Positions 9,293 to 19,141 of a DNA stretch of 64,000 nucleotides are shown piece by piece. Source of the stretch: Alphaproteobacteria bacterium (GTDB lineage Bacteria; Pseudomonadota; Alphaproteobacteria; Bin95); NCBI GenBank assembly GCA_965205265.1, contig CBDBGH010000003.1:1472001-1536000 (forward strand), given 5' to 3'. Numbering within the stretch: the stretch's first letter is position 1; each line of letters begins with the position of its first letter. The notes under the pieces were generated by a model. It had not been told where the DNA came from and did not search any database. It saw nothing but the letters and a program-made list of their open reading frames with translations. The position numbers were made by a program, and so were the translations under genes.

Positions 9293-10427
9293 GGCGCATA
9301 TGCCTTGCGATGATTGTGCGCTGGATCTGGCTGGTGCCGCCGCCGATGGTCGCCTGCATGCCTTCGCGGAAATAGCGCTCCATGTCGGCCTCCGGCGTGG
9401 TGCCGATGCCGCCCATGATCTGCACGCCCTGGCGAGAGACCTCCTGCAGGGTCTCGGATGCGAACAGCTTCGCCATCGCCGCTTCCTTCGGGCACGGACC
9501 TCCACCATTCGCCGCCGCAGCGGCGCGGTAGGTCAGAAGCCGCGCTGCATCGACCCTGGTCTGCATGTCGGCCAGCATATGCCGAATGACCTGGAAATCG
9601 AAGATCGGTTGGCCGAATTGCTCGCGCGCGCCGGCGTAGCCGCAGGCATCGTCCACGGCCTGCTGCGCGCAGCCGACATAGCCGGCCGCGATGGATATGC
9701 GCTCCAGCTCCAGATGTTCGGTCATGATATGCCAGCCTTGGCCTTCCCCGCCGAGCAGGGCATGGCCGGGCAGTCGGACATCGTCGAAGAAGATCGTGTT
9801 GGAGCCTGTGGCCCGGCGGGCGAGCGCCTCGACCTTGTGGACGGTCACACCCGGCGCATCGTTCGGGATCAGCAACACCGAGAGGCCGTCATGCCGGGCG
9901 GAGCCCGCCTCCGTGCGCACCAGCGCGCAGAGCACCGCGCCCTTCGCACCGCCGCCCGAGTTCCAGAGCTTCTGCCCGTTCACTACCCATTCGTTGCCGT
10001 CCAGCCGGGCGCGGGTGCGGGCATTGGCGGCGTCGGAACCCGCCTGCGGCTCCGAGAGGGAGATGACGAAGCGCATCTCGCCGGCCAGGAACGGCTCGAT
10101 ATAGCGCGCCACCTGCTCCGGCGTGCCGTGGTGGACGATATTCTGGGCGGTGAACATCGGCACCATCAGCGCCGTGGCGAAATCCGGGCCGTAGCGCGCC
10201 AGTGCTTCGCACATCAGCGCGTAGGAGAAGATGTCGCCGCCCTGCCCGCCCTGCTCTTCCGGCACCAGCAGGCCGATCCAGCCCTGCGAGACGATCTTCG
10301 CGTAACCCTCATAAGGATATTCGCGGTTGCGGTCCTTCTCGCGGACATAGTCGCGGCCGACCTCTTCCTCCATGAAGCGGAAGACGGTCTCGCGCCACAT
10401 TTCCTGTTCGGGGGTCAGGAAATCCAT
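9282..10427 (-). CDS. Acyl-CoA dehydrogenase
   Basis: SLSEPQAGSD, NGQKLW, REQFG, IGGGTSQIQR. Confidence 0.9.
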   Translation of the reverse strand: MDFLTPEQEMWRETVFRFMEEEVGRDYVREKDRNREYPYEGYAKIVSQGWIGLLVPEEQGGQGGDIFSYALMCEALARYGPDFATALMVPMFTAQNIVHHGTPEQVARYIEPFLAGEMRFVISLSEPQAGSDAANARTRARLDGNEWVVNGQKLWNSGGGAKGAVLCALVRTEAGSARHDGLSVLLIPNDAPGVTVHKVEALARRATGSNTIFFDDVRLPGHALLGGEGQGWHIMTEHLELERISIAAGYVGCAQQAVDDACGYAGAREQFGQPIFDFQVIRHMLADMQTRVDAARLLTYRAAAAANGGGPCPKEAAMAKLFASETLQEVSRQGVQIMGGIGTTPEADMERYFREGMQATIGGGTSQIQRTIIARHMRHGR

Positions 10428-10449
10428 CGGCGGGAGCTCCGGTCAAACC

Positions 10450-11601
10450 CTAATTGACGACGAGTTCGGTGGAAGCGTGGGTCATCGGCTCGTTGCCGGT
10501 TTCCGTCACGACGGTCGTGGTGCCGGTGGTCGCGGCGAGACCGGCCTGGCTGTCGAAAATGATGATGTGGATGAAGAACACCATGCCGGGCACAGCGAGT
10601 GTCGGATTGCCGCGATAGAACATCGGGCTGTCCATCCACACCGGCGCGAAGGTGGCGCCCAGCGAATAGCCGCAGGCGTTCATGCGGTGCCCGGCGAGGC
10701 CGTGCGCGTCCAGCACGCGGGCATGGGCGTCGAACACCTCGCCCACCGGCCGGCCGGGCTTCAGCGCCTCCCGGCAGGCGGCCAGCGCCTCGACCGCGGC
10801 ATTGTGGAGGAAACGCTGGCGCTCCGGCGGCGGGCCGATGCGGATCGTGCGCATCAGGCACGCATGGTAGTGCCGCCAGGTGCCGGCGAACTCCAGCATC
10901 AGTTGATCGTCGGCATCCAGGTGCCGCCTGCCGCTGTAGTAGCGGCACATGAGCGCGCCGGGGCCGGAGCCGATGACCGTCTCGTTCGCCGGCTCGTCGC
11001 CGCCGGCCCGCCAGACCGCGCCCTGCATCGCCGCCAGGATGTCTCCCTCGAACGCGCCCGGCCGCGCGAGCCGCACGGCTTCGTCCCAGGCGCGGTCGGC
11101 AAGCTCCCCCGCCTTGCGCACATAGCCGAGCTCCGCCGGGCTCTTGACCATGCGCAGCCGGTCCACCAGCCCGGAAGCGTCCCCCAGCTCGACAAAGCCC
11201 TCCAGCGCATCGCGGAGCCGGAAGCCGAGGGCCGCCGGAAGCCCGTAGGCGAGCCACTCCACGCCAAGCCGCCCGCCGGCGACGCCGAACTCCGCCAGCA
11301 TCGCCTTCAGGTCCGTCTCGGGCCGGGCGTCGGCCGCGTCCTCCCAGATGCGTATGTCTTCGAGCACCGAGGTGAACTCGGCCTGGCGAAGGTCCGGCGC
11401 GCGGGTCAGCAGCGCCGTCCGCCCATCGGCGCCGAGCCAGAGGCACTGGAAGAAGCAGAAGCCGAACGTGTCGTAGCCGGTCAGGTAGAACATGCTCTCC
11501 TGCTTGAAGATCAGCAGGCCGTCGAACCCGGCTGCCGCCGCCGCCTCGGCCGCGGCGCGCTGCCTGGCCGCGAATTCTTCCTCGCTGAAATGGATGTGCA
11601 T
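10450..11601 (-). CDS. M24 (Xaa-Pro peptidase/creatinase/DoeA-like) hydrolase
   Basis: MHIHFSEEEF, YLTGYDT.G, R.VKSPAE, CGYSLG, PGMVFF.H. Confidence 0.85.
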   Translation of the reverse strand: MHIHFSEEEFAARQRAAAEAAAAAGFDGLLIFKQESMFYLTGYDTFGFCFFQCLWLGADGRTALLTRAPDLRQAEFTSVLEDIRIWEDAADARPETDLKAMLAEFGVAGGRLGVEWLAYGLPAALGFRLRDALEGFVELGDASGLVDRLRMVKSPAELGYVRKAGELADRAWDEAVRLARPGAFEGDILAAMQGAVWRAGGDEPANETVIGSGPGALMCRYYSGRRHLDADDQLMLEFAGTWRHYHACLMRTIRIGPPPERQRFLHNAAVEALAACREALKPGRPVGEVFDAHARVLDAHGLAGHRMNACGYSLGATFAPVWMDSPMFYRGNPTLAVPGMVFFIHIIIFDSQAGLAATTGTTTVVTETGNEPMTHASTELVVN

Positions 11602-11694
11602 GCCGCGTCCCTCGCTTTCCTGTCCGCCCTCGCGCATCATGGCATGAAGAGCTGCCCCGATGACAAGGCGGGCCGACAGGGGAGAGCAGGGACG

Positions 11695-13413
11695 ATGGCG
11701 AGCGAACGGGCCGAAACGGTCGCAACCCGGGATATGGCCGTGGCCGGACACCAGCTTGCGGCGAGCGCGGCGTTCTCCGTGCTGGAGGCCGGCGGCAACG
11801 CCATCGACGCGGGCGTAGCCGGCGGGCTGGCGCTCGGCATTCTCGAGAGCGACCTCGTCAGTGTCGCGGGCGTTGCGCCGATCATGGTCTATAGCGCGGA
11901 AACGCAGCAGGTCGTTACCATCTCGGGTCTCGGCTGGTGGCCGAAAGCGGCGGATATCGAGCATTTCCGGCGCAAATACGGCGGCGCGATCCCGAACGGC
12001 GTGCTGAGGACGGTCGTGCCGGCTGCTCCGGACGCCTGGATCACAGCGCTGGGGCTCTGGGGCCGGATGAGCTTCGGCGAAGTGGCGAGCGCGGCGATCC
12101 GCTACGCCCGCGACGGCTTTCCTATGTATCCGCTGATGGAGCGCATCATCTCGGAGCATGAGGCCGAGTTCCGCGCCGCGCCGGACACCGCCGCGATCTT
12201 CCTGCCCGGCGGGCGGCCGCCCCGGACCGGCGAGCTTTTCTTCCAGAAGGAAGGGGCGGCCGCGCTGCAATACATGGCCGACGAGGAAGCCGCCGCGGCG
12301 CGGCGGGGCGGGCGCAAGGCCGGGCTCGCGGCCGCCCGGGACGCCTTCTACAAGGGCGACATCGCCCGGCGCATCGCCGAGTGGCAGGCTGCCGAAGGCG
12401 GCTGGATGACGCGCGAGGACCTCGCGTCCTTCCGCGTCGGCATAGAGGAGCCGGTGCGCGGCCGGTTCGGCAATGCGGATGTCTATGCCTGCGGGCCCTG
12501 GTGCCAGGGGCCCGCGCTGATCGAGGTGCTGAACATCCTCGGCGGCTACGACCTCCGCGAACTCGGCCACAACAGCGCCGATGCCGTGCATGTCTCGGTC
12601 GAGGCGGTGAAGCTCGCCATGGCGGACCGGGATGCGTGGCTCGGAGACCCGCGCTTCGTGGACGTGCCGACCGACACGCTCGCGTCGGAGGCTTACGCCG
12701 CGCTTCGCCGGGCGGAGATCGACATGGGCCGCGCCATGCCCGAAATGCCGCTTCCGGGCGATGCCGGCTCGCGCTTCAGGGTCCCCGCAGCGCCGGTGCC
12801 GACGCGGGAGCCCGAAGTCGCGCCGCTGGACACCTCCTATGTCTGCGTCGTGGACGAGGAAGGCAATGTGTTCTCGGCCACGCCCTCCGACGGTTCCTAT
12901 GGCGGCACGGTGGCGCCGGGCGTCGGCCTCGCGGTCTCTTCGCGCGGCTGCCAGTCCTGGACCGACCCGGCGCATGCCTCGGCCCTCGCTCCCGGCAAGC
13001 GCCCGCGCCTGACGCCGAACCCGGCGCTCGCCGTGCTGGACGGCGGAACGCGCTTCGTGCCTTTCGGCACGCCCGGCGGCGATGTCCAGACGCAGGCGAT
13101 GTCGCAATGCCTGATGAACCTCACGGTCCACGGCATGTCCGCCCAGGAAGCCGTCTCCGCGCCCCGCTATGCCAGCTACAGCTTCCCGTCTTCCTTCGAG
13201 CCGCACGCCTATTATCCGGGGTTGCTGAAGCTGGAAGGCGCCATCGCGGACGAGGCCGGCGACGAACTCGCGCGGCGGGGCCACGAGATCGAACGGTGGC
13301 CGGAGCGCATCTGGCTTGCGGGTTCGGTCTGCATGATCGACGCCGACAGCGAGCGCGGCGTGATGACCGGCGGCGCCGACCCCCGCCGCATGGCCTGCGC
13401 CGTCGGCGCGTGA
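11695..13413 (+). CDS. Gamma-glutamyltransferase family protein
   Basis: GGNAIDAGVA, DTSY (N-terminal nucleophile Thr), PGKRPR, GTPGGD.Q, GADPRR. Confidence 0.9.
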   Translation: MASERAETVATRDMAVAGHQLAASAAFSVLEAGGNAIDAGVAGGLALGILESDLVSVAGVAPIMVYSAETQQVVTISGLGWWPKAADIEHFRRKYGGAIPNGVLRTVVPAAPDAWITALGLWGRMSFGEVASAAIRYARDGFPMYPLMERIISEHEAEFRAAPDTAAIFLPGGRPPRTGELFFQKEGAAALQYMADEEAAAARRGGRKAGLAAARDAFYKGDIARRIAEWQAAEGGWMTREDLASFRVGIEEPVRGRFGNADVYACGPWCQGPALIEVLNILGGYDLRELGHNSADAVHVSVEAVKLAMADRDAWLGDPRFVDVPTDTLASEAYAALRRAEIDMGRAMPEMPLPGDAGSRFRVPAAPVPTREPEVAPLDTSYVCVVDEEGNVFSATPSDGSYGGTVAPGVGLAVSSRGCQSWTDPAHASALAPGKRPRLTPNPALAVLDGGTRFVPFGTPGGDVQTQAMSQCLMNLTVHGMSAQEAVSAPRYASYSFPSSFEPHAYYPGLLKLEGAIADEAGDELARRGHEIERWPERIWLAGSVCMIDADSERGVMTGGADPRRMACAVGA

Positions 13414-13465
13414 CCGGCGCGAACGGACACCGGGCCCCACCAATCCTGAACCGGCGAGCGACATC

Positions 13466-14521
13466 ATGGCCTTAGCAACGCGGCAAGGCGCCAACGCGCC
13501 GCGCATCAATCTCTACAGCGACACACAGACCCTGCCGACGCCGGAAATGCGCCAGGCGATGGCCGAAGCGCCGGTGGGCGACGAACAATCCTTCGCCGAC
13601 CCGAGCGTCAATGCCCTTTGCGAACGGGTGGCGGCGCTGCTCGACAAGGAAGCGGCCGTGTTCCTTCCTTCGGGCACGATGTGCAACGAAATTTCCGTCC
13701 GGGTCCATTGCCGGCCCGGCGACGAGGTGATCGCCGAAGCGTCCTGCCACATACTGAACTTCGAGGGCGGCGGGCCGGCGGCGCTTTCCGGCGTGCAGAT
13801 CGCACCGATAGCGGGAGAGCGCGGCATCTACACGGCGGCGCAGGCCGAAGCCGCAATCCGTCCGGAGCACCGCTATGCGCCCCGGTCCGCGCTGCTGGAG
13901 GTCGAGAACACGGCCAATATGGGCGGCGGCTCCGTCTGGCCGCTCGAGGCCGTGCAGGCAGTGACGGATGTCGCCCGCGCGCACGGCCTTGCGACCCATC
14001 TGGACGGGGCGCGGCTGCCGAATGCGGTCGTGGCCTCCGGCACCGCCGCCGCCGACTACGCCGCCTGCTTCGACAGCGCATGGATCGACCTCAGCAAGGG
14101 GCTCGGCTGCCCCGTGGGTGCGGTGCTTGCCGGCTCGACCGCCTTCATCGACGAGGTCTGGCGCTGGAAGCAGCGCATGGGCGGCGCCATGCGGCAGGCC
14201 GGAATCGTCGCTGCCGCCGGCCTTCATGCGCTCGACCGGCATTGGGACCGGCTGGCCGAGGACCACGCCAATGCCGCCCTGCTGGCCGATGCGCTCGCGC
14301 GGATAGACGGGATCTCGGTCGAGCCCTGCGAGACCAACATCCTGTTCTTCGACGTGGGCGGCACCGGGCGGACCGCCGCCGACATTGCCGAGCGTGCAGG
14401 CGCGGCGGGCCTGCGCATCGGCGCGATGGGTCCGACACGGATGCGCGCCGTGACTCATCTGGATGTCAGCCGCACGGATTGCGAGGAAGCCGCCCGCATC
14501 CTCGCCGAGGCGGCGGCATGA
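13466..14521 (+). CDS. ltaE: Low-specificity L-threonine aldolase family protein
   Basis: SDT.T.PT, PSGTM.N, HLDGAR, SKGLG.PVG, GGAMRQAG. Confidence 0.85.
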   Translation: MALATRQGANAPRINLYSDTQTLPTPEMRQAMAEAPVGDEQSFADPSVNALCERVAALLDKEAAVFLPSGTMCNEISVRVHCRPGDEVIAEASCHILNFEGGGPAALSGVQIAPIAGERGIYTAAQAEAAIRPEHRYAPRSALLEVENTANMGGGSVWPLEAVQAVTDVARAHGLATHLDGARLPNAVVASGTAAADYAACFDSAWIDLSKGLGCPVGAVLAGSTAFIDEVWRWKQRMGGAMRQAGIVAAAGLHALDRHWDRLAEDHANAALLADALARIDGISVEPCETNILFFDVGGTGRTAADIAERAGAAGLRIGAMGPTRMRAVTHLDVSRTDCEEAARILAEAAA

Positions 14522-15342
14522 GCTTCGATCCGGACGCCTTCAAGGCGTTCGAGCGCGCGGGCTGGAACCGGCAGGCCGCCGGCTATCGGGCCGTTTCCTG
14601 GGACTCGACGCGCCTCGGCCTCGGGCCTGTGCTCGACGCCGCCGGCGTCAGGGCCGGCATGGATGTATTGGACGTGGCGACGGGCCCCGGATACGGCGCG
14701 GCGCTGGCCGCCGGGCGCGGCGCGCGGGCGACCGGCGTGGATTTTGCCGCGGCCATGGTGGAAGAGGCGCAGCGCAACTTCCCCGAGGCCGGGTTCCGCG
14801 AGGGCGACGCCGAGGCCCTGCCCTTCGGGGACGGGAGCTTCGACGCCGTCACCTGCTCCTTCGGCATGCTGCATTTCGCCAGGCCGGAGCGCGCGGTCGC
14901 GGAGGCGTTCCGGGTATTGCGGCCGGGCGGGCGCTACGCGTTCTCCGCTTGGTGTACGGCGGACAGGGTGGCGCATTTCGGCATGTTCCGCCGCGCCGTC
15001 TCGGCCCACGGGGATCCTCATGCCGGCGGCATCCCCGAGGGGCCGGAGATGTTCCGCTTCGCGGATCCGGGGGAATGCGCCCGCGTCCTGGAAACGGCAG
15101 GCTTCCGGAAGACGAAGGTGGAGGAAATCGTCATTCGCCGCCGTGTTTCTCCGGAGGCGCTGGTCGAGGGGCTGCGGCACGCTACGGTGCGCTCCCGTGC
15201 GCTGCTCGACGCACAGACGCCCGAGGCCCGCGCCGCCATAGAAGCCTCCGTGCTGGCGGAAGCCCGCGCCATGGCCGGCCCCGACGGCATACTCGACCTC
15301 TCCCTTCCCGCCGTTCTCGCCTCGGGAACGAGGGCGGGCTAG
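14518..15342 (+). CDS. Class I SAM-dependent methyltransferase
   Basis: VLDVATGPG, GDAEALPF, RVLRPGG. Confidence 0.88.
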   Translation: MSFDPDAFKAFERAGWNRQAAGYRAVSWDSTRLGLGPVLDAAGVRAGMDVLDVATGPGYGAALAAGRGARATGVDFAAAMVEEAQRNFPEAGFREGDAEALPFGDGSFDAVTCSFGMLHFARPERAVAEAFRVLRPGGRYAFSAWCTADRVAHFGMFRRAVSAHGDPHAGGIPEGPEMFRFADPGECARVLETAGFRKTKVEEIVIRRRVSPEALVEGLRHATVRSRALLDAQTPEARAAIEASVLAEARAMAGPDGILDLSLPAVLASGTRAG

Positions 15343-15359
15343 GATGACGAGCCTGTAGA

Positions 15360-15551
15360 GTGCGCAAGGTACGGGAGGCAATACGCCTGATCGAACGAGA
15401 CGGTTGGCGGTTGGTTCGGACCCGAGGCAGCCACCGCCAGTACCGGCACCCTGTCAAGCCGGGTACCGTCACGATTGCCGGAAAGCCCAGCGACGACCTG
15501 CCGCCGGGTACATGGGCCAGTATCTTGAAGCAATCGGGCACGAAGGAGTGA
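15360..15551 (+). CDS. hicA: HicA family toxin
   Basis: DGW..VR.RGSHRQY.HP.KPG.VT motif. Confidence 0.9.
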   Translation: MRKVREAIRLIERDGWRLVRTRGSHRQYRHPVKPGTVTIAGKPSDDLPPGTWASILKQSGTKE

Positions 15552-15559
15552 GAACCGGG

Positions 15560-15778
15560 ATGCGGTACACCATCGTCATCGAGAAGGCGCCGGCCAACTA
15601 TGCCGCCTTTGTCCCCGATTTGCCGGGCTGCGTTGCGACCGCACCCACGAGGCAAGAAGCGATAGTGGAAATACGCCAGGCGATTGCGTTCCATATACAG
15701 AGCCTGCGGGAACATGGGGAGCCGGTGCCCGAACCCCGCTGTACCGCGACAGTCGTTGATGTCGCGGCTGTCGCCTGA
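15560..15778 (+). CDS. hicB: HicB family antitoxin (short form)
   Basis: Y.IVIE...YAAFVPDLPGC.A...T..EA...I..AI..H; 72 aa; directly after hicA. Confidence 0.88.
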   Translation: MRYTIVIEKAPANYAAFVPDLPGCVATAPTRQEAIVEIRQAIAFHIQSLREHGEPVPEPRCTATVVDVAAVA

Positions 15779-15820
15779 CCGCTCCAGACCCGCCCAGAGG
15801 ACATACATCCCGAGGAAGCC

Positions 15821-16249
15821 GTGGCCGGTTCGATACCCTATATCCGCACCGTCTCCGCCGTCGTCGTCATGCTGCTTCTGCCCGCTACGGCATTGCAGGC
15901 GGAAACGAAGTCCTGCCCGCCCGGTTTCGAGCGCTACGCAGAGTACCGGATGTTTTTCGGGCGCAGCAAGCCGGGGGTCGGGACGGTGTCCGACGGCGAA
16001 TGGAGGGACTTCCTCGCCGTCGAGGTCACGCCGCGCTTCCCGGACGGCCTGACCGTCGTCGATGCCGGCGGGCAGTGGCGCGACAGCAAGGGCGCCATCG
16101 GCCGCGAGGGAGCCAAACTGCTGATCGTGCTCGCTGAGCCTGGCCCCGACGCTGTGCGGCGCACGGAGGAGATTGCCGAAGCCTACAAGCGTGCCTTCGA
16201 CCAGCAATCCGTGCTGCGCACCGTCGAGACGGTTTGCGCCGCGTTTTAG
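15821..16249 (+). CDS. DUF3574 family protein
   Basis: FFG, W..FL..EVTPRFPDGLTV.DA.GQW, YK..F.Q.SV. Confidence 0.85.
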   Translation: MAGSIPYIRTVSAVVVMLLLPATALQAETKSCPPGFERYAEYRMFFGRSKPGVGTVSDGEWRDFLAVEVTPRFPDGLTVVDAGGQWRDSKGAIGREGAKLLIVLAEPGPDAVRRTEEIAEAYKRAFDQQSVLRTVETVCAAF

Positions 16250-16334
16250 AGGGCGGTTCGCTTCGGTCGGGCTGACGGTCGTCCGGGGAACGCCGTCCGT
16301 GTAGGGCTCCCGGCGGGGGCAGTGCAACCGAAGC

Positions 16335-16856
16335 CCTCGCGCCGCCGTGTCATGGAATGTCATGTTTGTCATGCGGGGCCGGCAGGACCTCGTGCGATGT
16401 GTCATGAGATGTCATGATTTGCATGTGCGCGGCGCATATGCTGTGACCTGTTCGGGCATGGGGGTCGGATATTCTCTCCGGTTCCGGTAACTTCTTATCT
16501 TCGACATGGGGCCCTTCTCCCGACCGGTCTTCGTTCGGTTCTTCCCGCCGCCCGGCTGTCCGGAGCGGCGGGACCCTGATTCGCGCGTAATGTGCGCGGA
16601 CGCCTGTGCGCGCGGGGGCGTACGTTTCGCGGCGGCGCGAATCGCGCGCCTGATTGCCCGCGCCTGCCCGCGCGTGCGAGCCAGCGGCGGGACGCACTTC
16701 GCCCGTTGGCTGAATCAGGTTTTTTTCGCGCCGGCGCGAACGGCAAAACGAAGCGGACCCGCGGATGCCGCTTCCTTCCTCCTATCTCATACTAGCACAA
16801 GAATTGAATTTGTCAACGAATATGAACGAAATATTTCTGTATATTCATGAACAAAA
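16335..16856 (-). repeat. Dispersed element copy 2 (no recognisable gene)
   Basis: Core at 16572-16659 (reverse); TGTCATG at 16348, 16358, 16367, 16400, 16410; promoter TTGACA-N16-TAGTAT on the minus strand at 16816-16789. Confidence 0.8.
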
Positions 16857-16906
16857 ATTCTTTCGATCCTGAGACAGCCTTCCAGAGCGCATTTCGGGGC
16901 AAACCC

Positions 16907-16942
16907 CAAAAAACGTCGCCCCGGACCGCAATCCGGGGCGAT
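16907..16942 (-). terminator. Probable intrinsic terminator / REP-like hairpin
   Basis: Minus strand TCGCCCCGGA-TTGCGG-TCCGGGGCGA followed by CGTTTTTT, downstream of the 17003 gene. Confidence 0.55.
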
Positions 16943-17002
16943 AATGTTTTCCTTTGGCTTCTCCCGATCCGCGAGACCGGGATTCCACTGCAGGGCGAGC
17001 GC

Positions 17003-18274
17003 CTAGAAGAAGACGTAGGAGCGGACGACGACGTTCTTGCGGCAGCGCGCATCGGCCGGCGCCGTCGGGTCGATGCAGGCCGAGTGGAACGACCAGCGCG
17101 ACACCGAGCCGTCCGTGACCGAGTCGTAGCATTTCAGCATCGACACTTCCGTCGAAGTCTGCCGCGGGAACCAGTACCACTCATGGTCCGGGCGGTAGGT
17201 GAAGCGCGTCGTCTCCCCGACCCGGTCGTCATAGATGCGGTAGTTGTTGATGTAGGGCTGGTCGGCGAAAGACGGCCAGGCGCAGAGCACGAACGGGAAC
17301 TGCTCCACCGTCTCCATCGGCTTGGCGAGATTGATCGACATGAACCGCCGCGACATCTTCGCGTCGGCCTCCGCCTCGGTGTAGTGCTGCGTGCGCCCGA
17401 AATTGCGCAGGTTCTTCGTCAGCAGCTCGCGGCAGCGCACCCGCCCGCTATTGTCGTTCAGGTCGTTGTGGACGAGATTGACATAGCGCGCGTTCACGCC
17501 GGGGTTCTTGGCGTCCTGGTCTTCCGTACGGTCGCCCTGGTAGTCCTTGTCGAACACATCGTGGTTATAGACCAGCGCGTCGGTGGCATCCGGGAAGAAC
17601 TCGAGCAGCAGCTTCTCGATTTCCGGGTAGAACACCCGCTCCACTTCCGCGGAGTCGTAGAAGTTCTCGCACTTGGACTCGAGGTGCGCCAGCGAGACGC
17701 CGAGCCTGTCCATGCATTCGGGGCTGCCGGGAGAGAGGCCGGGATAGTACTCCCCGATCCGGCGCGCGTCGCGCAGCACCTGCGGGAAATAAAGGCTGCG
17801 GTCCCTGAGCTCGTCTTCGGCCTTGCGCAGCAAATCCGCCTCGGCCTTGCGCGCCGGGTCGCGCCAGAGCGCATTGGACGGCACGATGGAGTAAGAGGGA
17901 TGCTCATAGACCGTGTAGCGCAAAGGAAGCGCCACGCCGCCCTCGGGGACTTCGAAATCGTTGGCGCGGATATAGTCCAGGCATTCCTCATATTCGCGGA
18001 AGCCCGGGCCCCACTTGGTCTCGATGGGTCCCGGAGGCGCACTGTTGAGCCGGTCCATCAACGCTTGGCTGTGCCCTTCGGCGATCTGCCGGAGCGCCGC
18101 CTCGATCGCCGCGGCGGTCCCGGCATCGCCATCCTTGTCGAACGACATGTAGGAGAGGCCGCCGTTTGCCGCGACGGGCGGCGGTTGTCCCTCCGTCAAC
18201 TGGAGCGGCGGCACATAGGCCGGCGACTCCGCACCCGCCTCAACCCGGTTCCCGATGGCTTGCTGCCCGTCCAT
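17003..18274 (-). CDS. CmcJ/NvfI-like oxidoreductase with N-terminal extension
   Basis: VHND, RFMSINL.KP, HEWYWFP.Q...EV..LKCYDS, FHSA..DP, R..VVVR. Confidence 0.7.
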   Translation of the reverse strand: MDGQQAIGNRVEAGAESPAYVPPLQLTEGQPPPVAANGGLSYMSFDKDGDAGTAAAIEAALRQIAEGHSQALMDRLNSAPPGPIETKWGPGFREYEECLDYIRANDFEVPEGGVALPLRYTVYEHPSYSIVPSNALWRDPARKAEADLLRKAEDELRDRSLYFPQVLRDARRIGEYYPGLSPGSPECMDRLGVSLAHLESKCENFYDSAEVERVFYPEIEKLLLEFFPDATDALVYNHDVFDKDYQGDRTEDQDAKNPGVNARYVNLVHNDLNDNSGRVRCRELLTKNLRNFGRTQHYTEAEADAKMSRRFMSINLAKPMETVEQFPFVLCAWPSFADQPYINNYRIYDDRVGETTRFTYRPDHEWYWFPRQTSTEVSMLKCYDSVTDGSVSRWSFHSACIDPTAPADARCRKNVVVRSYVFF

Positions 18275-18423
18275 TACTCGTCCTCCTACTGGATAATTCC
18301 TATTATGAAGGAAGGGACTCCCGTTTTCCAAGGCTCCCGCCCTCGCACAGCATTTGTGTCACCGATGCACAAATGCCTGCGTTGCCCGGACGACTTCATA
18401 TCGCAGCACACAGGAAACATCGC

Positions 18424-19122
18424 ATGACTCATCCGGTTGTCTCGCGCGAAGCATGGCTCGATGCCCGCAAGGCGCTTCTCGAACGGGAAAAGGCACTGAC
18501 CCGCGAACGCGATGCGCTGGCGGCTGCCAGAAGAGCGTTGCCCTGGGTGGAAGTGACGGAGGACTACCGCTTCGACAGCGAAACCGGCGAGACCGGCCTC
18601 GCCGACCTGTTCGGCGAAAGGGGCCAGCTCGTCGTCTCGCATTTCATGTTCGGGCCGGGCTGGGAGGCGGGCTGCCCGAGCTGTTCCTTCTGGGCCGACG
18701 GCTACGATCCGATGGTCGTTCATCTGGCGGCCCGGGACGTTGCCTTCGTCGCCGTGTCGCGCGCGCCGCTCGCCTCGCTCCTTGCCTATCGAGGCCGCAT
18801 GGGCTGGCGCTTCCCGTGGGTTTCCTCGCTGCACAGCGCATTCAACCGGGATTTCGGCGTTTCCTTCGACGAGGAGGCCCTCGCGGCGGGGCCGGTCATG
18901 TACAACTACCGCGAAACCGCCATGCGCGGCAGCGAAGCGCCCGGACTCAGCGTGTTCTGCAAGGATGCGGCCGGGCGCATCTTTCACACCTACTTCTGCT
19001 ATTCGCGCGGGCTGGACCCGATGAATGCCGCCTACCAGCTTCTCGACATCGTGCCGAAGGGCCGCGACGAGCAGGACCTGCCGTTCCCGATGACTTGGGT
19101 GCGCCGCCGCGACGAATATTGA
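18424..19122 (+). CDS. DUF899 thioredoxin-like protein
   Basis: W..AR.ALL.REK..TR, HFMFGP.W..GCPSCSF, LD..PKGRDE. Confidence 0.9.
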   Translation: MTHPVVSREAWLDARKALLEREKALTRERDALAAARRALPWVEVTEDYRFDSETGETGLADLFGERGQLVVSHFMFGPGWEAGCPSCSFWADGYDPMVVHLAARDVAFVAVSRAPLASLLAYRGRMGWRFPWVSSLHSAFNRDFGVSFDEEALAAGPVMYNYRETAMRGSEAPGLSVFCKDAAGRIFHTYFCYSRGLDPMNAAYQLLDIVPKGRDEQDLPFPMTWVRRRDEY

Positions 19123-19141
19123 ACCGTTGCCGGCGGCACCC

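Noticed and set aside
10372-13509. Apparent ~1000-aa ORFs on both strands
   Set aside because: Each is a real gene (M24 hydrolase 10450-11601, GGT 11695-13413) extended by stop-free antisense of its divergent neighbour; not fusions.
16350-16697. ORFs with a GNQARDSRRRET-like peptide (also 2686-2931 and 54689-54952)
   Set aside because: Starts, stops and lengths differ between copies, so the peptide similarity is explained by the conserved DNA core.
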